Origin: Balanoglossus misakiensis
Lineage: Eukaryota; Animalia; Hemichordata
Reading direction: 5' to 3'
DNA length: 64,000 nucleotides
Assembly: GCA_040954595.2 (NCBI GenBank)
Contig: CM082597.2
Span: 9,083,778 to 9,147,777, forward strand
Shown here piece after piece: positions 55,601-64,000 of the stretch (positions are counted from its first letter, which is position 1; each line of letters begins with the position of its first letter). A program made the position numbers and the translations under genes. Under the pieces are notes generated by a model. It did not search any database, was not told where the DNA came from, and saw only the letters and a list, made by a program, of their open reading frames with translations.

Positions 55601-56778
55601 TTTGGGCAAAAACTTGCCAAAAAGGCACTTTTATCTTGAGTGGCATCAATAAAACTGCTTTTTTGGAAACTTTTCACATACAGTGGGCATATAATTCATT
55701 ATCAGATCTCCGAAAGTGAAGAAAATATATAAATTTTGAGTGTTTTCTGAAAATGACGTTTTGGGGGCAAAAAGTGGCAAAATGGCATTTTTTCTTGAGT
55801 AGGATCAATAAGACTGCTATTTCTGGAATCAGCACCATTTTTTACATAGGATGAACATTTCATATATCACATGATCTCTGAGCTTTATGAAGAAAAGTTT
55901 GTTTTTAAATTTTTTTCTAAAAATGGCCTTTTTGGGCAAAAACTTTCCAAAAGGGCATTTTTGCATTAGGTTGGGTCAATAAATCTGCTTTTTTCGAATA
56001 ATCACCAGATTTTACATAGGGTGGGCATATAATACATTATCAGATCTCCGAAAGTGAAGAAAATATATAAATTTTGTGTGTTTTCTGAAAATGACGTTTT
56101 GGGGCAAAAAGTGGCAAAAATGGCATTTTTTCTTGAGTAGGGTCAATAAGACTGCTATTTCTGGAATCAGCACCATTTTTTACATAGAATGGACATTTCA
56201 TATATCCAATGATCTCTGAATATGATAAACACAATTTATTTTTAGTTTTTTTGTAAAAATGACCTTTTTTGACCACAAAAAGTGGCCAAAAATGGCATTT
56301 TTGTATTGATTGAGGTCAAAAAGACTGCTTTATTTTTTAAAGTCACCACTTTTAACATAGAATTGACTTTCCATATATCACCAGATCAATCATTATGAAG
56401 AAAACCGTGTGTTTTATTTTTTTTCTAAAAATGACGTTTTTGGGGCAAAAATTGGTCAAAAAGGCAATTTTCTGTTGTTTTGGGTCAATCGAACTACTTT
56501 TTTCGTAATATTCACCAAATTTTACATAGAATAAGCATATCATATGTTATCAGATCTCAGAATGTGACGAAAACAATGTGTTTTTAGTGTTTTCTAAAAA
56601 AGACCATTTTGGGGTTAAAAATGGCCAAAATGGCAATTTTGTCTTGAGTGGGGTTAATAAGACTGACTTTTTTGGAATGAGCACCATTTTTTACATAGAA
56701 TGGACTTCTCAAACCTTCCTTACCAAAAATTCTGATTAACGGCACCTATCTCATAGTGTAACCAGACTACAAGTGAAG
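52667..56778. mobile_element. Tiny palindromic Academ(H)-like MITE (~88 bp) with 9-bp TSD, interrupted by a 4-kb insertion
   Basis: CAAGTGAAG (52667-75)|TAGTCTG...CCCTGCCCCATTCCCAC...GTGGGAATGGGGCAGGGGACC [insert] ACC-AGACTA|CAAGTGAAG (56770-78). TAG...CTA ends with a 9-bp TSD fit AcademH. Confidence 0.8.
52755..56763. mobile_element. Foldback-type non-autonomous DNA transposon, 4003 bp, ~1.17-kb TIRs made of ~170-bp subrepeats, 3-bp TSD ACC
   Basis: 52758-53919 is the reverse complement of 55582-56760; ACC at 52755-57 and 56761-63; termini TAGTCCAGGAGCTAGATGCC / rc TACACTATGAGATAGGTGCC; no coding capacity seen. Confidence 0.9.
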
Positions 56779-59329
56779 AACCCCAGTAACAGACGTAACG
56801 AACAAACAAACTACATGTACTAACAACAAAGCAAGAAAAGTGTCAAGCGTCGTCAAAGAAAACGAAATAGTTCTAGCATGGTTGGTAAAAGTTATTGGTA
56901 GAAAACGAATAGGGCCTTCTACAAATGACGTCTCAGACCCGCAAACGCCACCAGAACACAAAACACATGCACAGAACAGTTTAAGCCGGTTGTTGTATGG
57001 AGCAGCAATAATCTGCGGTTGGGCCGTCGTAGATTTTCGCTGGTGGTGAAAATAAATAAAACACGATCGATGTTCGATTTATTCCAGATCACATGCGTTT
57101 ACGGCCAGAAGAGAGCATAAAAGTCTTCAAATGACCATGTGGTGGCGCACTTTTTCCGATTGGCTGTATTTCAATTTGTTCGTGGTAAATTAATTTTGTG
57201 GAGGTGACCGGCACTGAAGCTCTTAGCTAGGATGAGGTGGGATGGAAAAATGCCCCATTTGACTCATTTTAGCTGTTTTAAAATATACGACTATTTATAG
57301 ACAAAAGGAAAATAAAACAAGCGCAAAAACATACCAAACCTAGTTTTATTAATTACAAAAAAAATTGCTGAGTAAAGGTTTTCATGTGGGCATTCACTTT
57401 GAACTTGCTAAATTAATTTAAAGAGACAAAGTCGCTCTCTCTTTGTCCTTTTGCGATGATGGAATGCTTGCTTGAAGTCTCTCGTGCAATAAATGATGTC
57501 GATTCATACATGTATGGATGGTGTATAGGTGGTCGGAATGTACATGTCTTTGCCACGTCCAAACCAAAAACACATAAAATCAAACTTTGGGTCATGAAAT
57601 CGAGTTTTGTTACAGTCTAGAATTTCATGCCACCCCTTTTGGTCATATTATTCTTGGTAGGCAAAAGTGACAAGTAGTCAAGTTTCAACACAGGCAACAT
57701 TTTTACAAACAAACCACAAAGAAGACATCAAAAGGGAGAGAATTATAGAATGGTCAATGTGTGAATAGTTAAGATACGTAAAGTGGCCGGGTTCAACATA
57801 ACATTAACTCATCGACTTCATATCGTCTTCATGCCATGGTTTTGCCTGCCCTGAAAGTTCTTGTCGTTGCAGAAGTGGTTTTGACAGAAAGAATTTAGTC
57901 TTCCGGGATGTTTGTGATTATTTGAACACCAGACAATACAATGCAACCTTGACTTCCAAAATACTTACCGGCATTGCATTATCTTACCATGGTTAGGCCT
58001 ACAGAGAACAAATTTTCAACAATATTTTCTGAGTTACCGCTGATATTTGTTTTGTAGTATGGATATTAAATTATACATCCCGATACAAAACAGAATGTTA
58101 TAGAATCCTTCCTGAGTGATATTGAAAAAAATACCGGAATGCTATAGCCTAATCTATGGTTAGGGTTATTGCTATTATTTTATATCAGTAATCGACTTTG
58201 TGTATATCAATGTCATTTTCATAACGAAAATGAACTCGAGTCTAATGTAAACGTTACGAATTGATCGAAAGGCGCTCTGATGAATGTTAACACGAGTGCG
58301 CAATGACAAGACATGCATCGTGCATGACAGTGACAACAGTTCCAATAGAGCAGTTAAAAAATAAACCGGCCGTCCGTAAATATATCAGCTATATTTTTTT
58401 TTATTTAGTCACGTTTTCCCTGTTGCATGCTATTAGTTCAGGGGCCAGTTTTAGCAGTGCTCTATTGAGTACTTTCGTATCGGTGGATTGATCTCTCGTC
58501 CAATCAGAATGGCGGATGGTAGCATGATCCGACATATTGCGTATTACAATAGGGCTTCCTCATACAGGTCAGAACAGAGAGGTCATTCCTTTTATTTTAG
58601 GACGTCTCAGCTCCTTTGTCTTTTCTGTTATTTTTTGACAAATGCGGATTGACGTTCCATTTCCAATTGGCGATAATTATATTTATTTGTATTTCATTGC
58701 ATAAGCGCTTGCTAGTCGTTTTTTAGCAATTTTTTTTGTAGTACAAAAACACTGAAGAAAACGAAATATTTTATTCATTCGCACTTCCAAAGAACACCGT
58801 GACATAATTCCTCAATTTGCATTTCAGTGTGTGTGTCTGGTGTGTCTGCATTGACGTGAGGCGCATTCTCCACCCGCACACATACGTTGCATTGCATTCT
58901 TTGACTAATTAGTGTTACGTCATGTTGAAGCAGGATTCTGATTGAGTAGTAAGTAAGTTGCATAATTGACGCACAGCTGGTGCCTCGTTCTCGTACCGCT
59001 GACCATTGCATTTGAAAAATCATTGCAGCTTTGACGTTCATCAAGCATGGAGGCGACCGGGACCTCCATGCTTGATGATGTCGTTTCTCTGGTAAGCATG
59101 GCATTTAATGTTATTTTACAAGTACATGTACACTCCTTCTAGCAAAAACTGGTCGTGGTAGGGCGAGAGGGTCCTCCCAACATCGAAATTCTGACTTTGG
59201 GAAGCGTTACAGCACCAAACAGTAAACTCACAGTCGCATGGAATTTGTGCGTTATATTACACCGTGCGAGTAAATTGTACGTCGTTCGTTGGCTCGAGTC
59301 AGCTTTGTTATTGTGGAGCAGGTGGTACC

Positions 59330-59757
59330 GTAACACCACAGGGGGCTCTCCCTAGGCGATTTTATTGTTTGTTTGTTGTTGTTGATTGGCATAATAAACA
59401 AATACATATTTCTTTATTAATAAATATGGTTTGTTGACATGTAAGGGTTAGGTTATTAGGGTATATTTGACAGGTTATGGTATATTCAACGGTTAGGATT
59501 AGTGTTGGCATTTTTTCGATCCATGGCCGGCATCACCCCCCTAAACCCCCCCCCCCCACCCCCTGTGGCTTAGTGATGCCCGGGGCCGTGGATCGAAAAA
59601 AATGCCAACACTAACCCTAACTGTTGAATATACCCTAACACTTACATGTCAACAAACCATATTTATTAATAAAGAAATATGTATTTGTTTATTATGCCAA
59701 TCAACAACAACAAACAAACAATAAAATCGCGGAGGGAGGAGCCCCCTGTGGTAACAC
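59330..59757. mobile_element. Fully palindromic MITE (414 bp), P-superfamily-like
   Basis: GTAACAC|CACAGGGGGCTC ... GAGCCCCCTGTG|GTAACAC: 7-bp TSD, CA...TG ends, arms of ~180-200 bp. Confidence 0.85.
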
Positions 59758-59953
59758 ACTACAGTATAACTTTTAAGGCAAAGCGATAGCGAATAAACTG
59801 ACCAGGGTTGGTTTTGTTGTTGGGGAGATTTTTGGCACCATTGAGACTGTTATAAGCTACCAGTGGGAGCTATGGTATAGCCGTTAACACGCAGCCCTGC
59901 CACGCAGAGCTTCTATGACTGGTTACTAACTTCTATGTCTATTTGATTCACAG

Positions 59954-60028
59954 ATGCTGCCTGAAACTGTCTGCGTTTCAACTCGGGATTCTCTTCCTTG
60001 TCCGGGGCGAGTTTAAGACCGCTCAATG
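59954..60028 (+). other. Putative 75-bp micro-exon, unknown transcript
   Basis: TATTTGATTCACAG| ... AAGACCGCTCAATG|GTAAGCA; same borders as 60956-61028. Confidence 0.5.
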
Positions 60029-60266
60029 GTAAGCATGACTTGCTTTATATTTGCTTTTATCGGGTGTTGCAACCGAAACAATAGGAAGAAATGTATGTCT
60101 ACGAACTAATTTACATATTCCAGCTTTCAATACAATGTACCTGTTTTTTCCCCTTCGAATTCTGGCCTCGATTGCTTGTGATATGATCGTGATGTCATGA
60201 ATTAGATGGACAACTCACAAGTTCAAATCTTCACGTGGAGCATAAAATAAATGTGGATGCATTTCC

Positions 60267-60621
60267 TTAAAGGGACAAAGTCTCTCTCTCGCTGCCCTTT
60301 TTTCCATTAATTATATTTGATACAAGACACCGTTTGTTATTCTACATGTAGATATATAGTGAATGAACGTTCAGCCACACACAACTTCCGTCCCACTTGT
60401 AGACACGAGAGTAAAAATACTCGCCAAAATGAATAATCGTTCTTTACCATTTATTCATTTTGGGCGAGTTTTTACTCTCATATCATACAAGCGGGATGGA
60501 AGTTTTGTGTGGTTGATCATTTATTCACTATATATCCAAATGTACATTGACATAAACAGTGTCTTGTATCAAACATAATTAATGGAAAAAGGACAGCGAC
60601 AGAGAGACTTTGGCCCTTTAA
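60267..60621. mobile_element. Kolobok-like MITE, family A, full-length (347 bp)
   Basis: TTAA-AGGGACAAAGTCTCTCT ... AGAGAGACTTTGGCCCT-TTAA, with imperfect TIRs of about 100 bp. Confidence 0.9.
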
Positions 60622-60955
60622 CCATATAGCTAAAATTACTCCCATATCAATACACAGGGAGATACTTTAACTTTGGCTGAACGTGTGCTAGTCCAACACT
60701 ATGCTTAATCAAACTGGCTAAGAGATCTGTTATTATATTAGACGCATGAAGGAAAGTAATGTTGTTTAGAGTGAAATAAAACAATGCTTTAGGCCAGAAA
60801 GAAAAATGTAAATCATGACACAAACAGGCTGGAAATTTTTTCTGACCCTATATTATACCATGTTTTGCATATTTTCACTAATTTGTATGGCCCACATATT
60901 TCTAAAGCAAGGTTGATTGGTTACTAATTAATATTTGCATATATTTGATTCACAG

Positions 60956-61028
60956 TCTTAAACACAGCATTTCAACGTATGCCGGAGGAGGAAGAGAATA
61001 CCTAGGCCTGATCCAAGACCGCTTTCCG
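60956..61028 (+). other. Putative 73-bp micro-exon, paralog of 59954-60028
   Basis: TATTTGATTCACAG| ... AAGACCGCTTTCCG|GTAAGCA. Confidence 0.5.
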
Positions 61029-62501
61029 GTAAGCACACCTTGCTGTATACATGCTCCATAGCTTGTTTGTAAATGCTACCTTTTCCCATCAAATAGTGAA
61101 GTCACCCTTTTAAAATTATGGTGGTGGCAAGCCACAACTGGTTATCATGAAGAGTTGGACACCACTAATAATCATTTTAATATTTTCCAATTGGTAACCT
61201 TTATGTACCACTATCCTCAACAATTTCAGTCAACAAGATTCATATTGCGCTGTATAGCAAGGCCAAACAAATATGACTGATTGATAGGGATTTTTCTGAA
61301 AATGTGACAAAATCAACAAATAAACAATAATCAGTCACCAATCATGCATTATGTGTTATTCGAGGGAACCTTAGCGGGTCACATAAACCTGCCAACCCAT
61401 GCTAGCCATGACTTTACAAATGTTTCCGTCATACTATGCAGAAAATTCTGGCTGCCTTAAATAGGTTTTTCACTTTGCGCTAGGTGTCAAATCTCATTGC
61501 ATTCTGGGCGGAAAGTCCATAACCAACTGTAGTAAGAGATAGAAGAAATGATATGTTTACTGTATTCATGACTTCCTTCGGTCAAACATTTCTGTCTCGG
61601 TAGTTAGCATATTAAACTTTTTTTTCACTTTTGCTATTTTTTCTGTTAAAAAGTTCAAGAATGACCCATCATCATTTTAGCTTATGAACTCCCATTTCTT
61701 TAACATGGCAAAAATCGGCCATCTTGAAATTATCGACCGTATGAGATTTTCATCACTCATTTAGGGTAGCTTAAAACGTGTTTAAAGTAGGGAGAATTGT
61801 ATAGGCAAGACTTGGGCTGTAAATTTGATGAAATAGCTACATGACTATTGTTCACAAGCAGCTGACTGTACTGTAAGACTGGAAGTGTTGTGTACATATT
61901 TTACATATTCAATATTTGTAATTAGACCATGTCATGTATATCTTGGGGATTGCTCGATCACAATGTCTCTGCTGGTACAATGTCCTTTTAACATGTTCAG
62001 TAATATGGTAGTAATTGTAAGTTTGTGTGCGGCATTTGTAAATTATTTACAATTTATAAATTATTTTGTAAGTTTCTTCATTCTCAAATTGCTTGCCTAA
62101 CGTACTGCATTAACATTTAAATTTTGGTATGATTTTGAGTAGACTTTTTGTTTCAAAATTATTTTTGACACTTTTGGGTGATATGATTTTACATGGAAAA
62201 TCTGATTTCCCTGTAATTCGGTTGACAGGATTTTCATCATATCTCTAAATCATGAAGTACATGTATCAGACTTGCATCAGGCCCCCAAAATTCTAGTCGC
62301 CTTTGGCAAGTAATATTAGCCATTGATCTGGGAAAGTTACAAAAATGTGTTGTCCAAGGACGTTGAAGGTACATGTGGTTTTTACACTTGCTGCATGTTT
62401 ATAATTTGCAATAGAAATAGACACTCAGTGCCAGCCCACTATCCCGTCTCCTTATTGCTGACTTGTATGTATGTACGTATGTACGCATTTTATCAGAATT
62501 A

Positions 62502-63020
62502 TTAGGTCCCATTTGGTATATGTATTTATACCATGGTACCTTACGGGATCAGTTGCACCTGTATGTATGGATGTTTGTATGTCCATCAACATCAAACATT
62601 TGGAAACTACTGGCATTTCACCTTGATATTTAATGTGCAGACAGGGCAGTAGATGGGAGTTTGTCTAAGTGAAGTTGTCATTGCCAAAATATGCAAATTA
62701 GCTGGGAAAGTGTCAAATTCGTCAAAACTTGGGAACTCAACAACTACTGGGCAAATTGCTTTCAAAATTGATAATTGGTATGCATGTACCTTATGGTATC
62801 CTCTCACAATTCTACATGTTGTGAGCTAATAATGTGAATTTTCTATTTTTAAGCATTTTTTTTGTCTCTTTCCACATTGTCGGTAAAAACCTACTTTTCT
62901 GGAATTGATCAGCTGACTTGTTTGAAATTTATTATGAAGCTTCATAGGTGATCTGAGTTACCAACCATAGTTTTGTTTAAATTGTTGCCAAAAATTGCGT
63001 ATTTATAATTTTGGAGCAAT
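62502..63020 (+). mobile_element. HINE/Helentron-like element head, copy 1
   Basis: TT-AGGTCCCAT...ATGGTACCT 5' hairpin and (GTAT)n tract; colinear with 63021-63500. Confidence 0.7.
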
Positions 63021-63843
63021 TTTTAGGTCCCATTTGGTTTATGTACATATATACGATTGGGACCTTATGGAATCAGTTGCATTTGTATGTATGAGTGAAT
63101 GGATGAAAACCGCTGGGCATATCACTTCCATATTTAGTGTGTAGATGCAGGCGGGGCTGTAGATGGGATTTTGTTCAAATGAAATTGTCATTGCCAAAAT
63201 ATTACCTGTGTAAATGTGAAATTGGTCAAAAGTCAGAAACTTGACAACCACTGGTCAGATTGGTATGTCAATGAACCCCATACAGTCCTGTATGTTGTGA
63301 GCTAATATTATGAATTTTCTAATGTTTATTAATTTTTTTTGTCTTTTTCCACATTATTGGTAAAAAAAAATCTTCACTTCTGAAAGCGATAGTCCGACTC
63401 CTTCGAAATTTAGTATGAAGCTTCCTATGGGTGGTCCGAGTTACCATATTTTTTGTTCAGATTGTTGTAAAATAGGCATATTTATAATTTTGAGCAATTT
63501 TGCCAATTATGGTCAGAATGCTTTGCAATTTGGTAGGCAGATTCCCAGGGGTAACCCAAGGAAGATGTCATAAAAATGGTTAAAACTGCGTGCTTGTGTT
63601 ATTGGGGATATTTTTTGCAATCTTTGTCAAAAACTGTTTTCTGTTAAACCGTTCAAACCCTTGTCAGATTGCTTTGAATTTTGGCAGGAATGTTCCTTGT
63701 AGTGATTGAAGTAAGATGGTGTACAATTATAGAGATGTTTGCATATTTGTGTTTTTGCCACTTTTGAACAAATGTGTTTTTCTTTGAAACTGCTTTTTTG
63801 ATGGCTTTGAAATATGGTAGGAATATTCCTAGGGGTAACCCAA
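63021..63843 (+). mobile_element. HINE/Helentron-like element, copy 2 of the same family
   Basis: TTTT-AGGTCCCA (63025-32)...TGGGACCT (63058-65), (GTAT)n, then degenerate internal repeats. Confidence 0.7.
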
Positions 63844-64000
63844 TTTTTAGCTCACCTGAAAATCACGTGAGCTTATAGTTTAGCGATGTCTGTGTATGTG
63901 TGTGTCTGTCTGTATACCCGATATCTCAAGAACCGCTGAACCGATTTCAACCAAATTTAGTACACAGGTTCAGATATCATATGCAAGAACTGAAAAGGTT
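63844..64000 (+). mobile_element. HINE/Helentron-like element head, different family, runs off the window
   Basis: TTTTT-AGCTCAC (63849-55)...GTGAGCT (63867-73), TG/TCTG microsatellite, then ATATCTCAAGAACCGCTGAACCGATTTCAACCAAATTT. Confidence 0.8.

Noticed and set aside
53145-56543. Related ORFs (MKCPFYVKNGAD...) on both strands
   Set aside because: Translations of the 170-bp units in the two inverted arms.
52770-56748. TA TSD (Tc1/mariner) reading of the foldback element
   Set aside because: The TIR similarity extends 12 bp further out to an ACC duplication that also restores the outer MITE.
57418-57452. TTAA-AGAGACAAAGTCGCTCTCTC, similar to the MITE family A end
   Set aside because: Solo end; no interior homology or partner seen.
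57975-58172. Degenerate ~200-bp palindrome
   Set aside because: Probably an old MITE, but ends and TSD cannot be defined.

Overview
Eukaryotic (animal, probably marine invertebrate; inference from TE repertoire and splice sites) heterochromatin edge. Bases 1-36794 are one uninterrupted AT-rich satellite with a 78-bp monomer, short deletion variants and layered higher-order duplications; the ORFs called there are translation artefacts. The array stops abruptly 23 bp before a CC-TTAA motif that looks like a Kolobok-type transposon end. Bases 36795-64000 are mostly nested transposon remnants: a complete 5.4-kb Helentron-associated element (HINE) holding an RTEX LINE fragment (itself split by a TTAA MITE) and an L2 fragment; a dead intron-containing hAT/ZNF862-like transposase; a TTAA-flanked inverted-repeat element enclosing an orphan, frameshifted last exon of a UBE2J1 homolog; a 4-kb foldback element with ~1.17-kb TIRs built of ~170-bp repeats, nested in a tiny Academ-like MITE; several other MITEs; duplicated micro-exon-like segments; and three stacked HINE heads at the right end. 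No intact host gene, RNA gene or CRISPR array is supported. All family assignments are from motif recognition by eye, not database searches.
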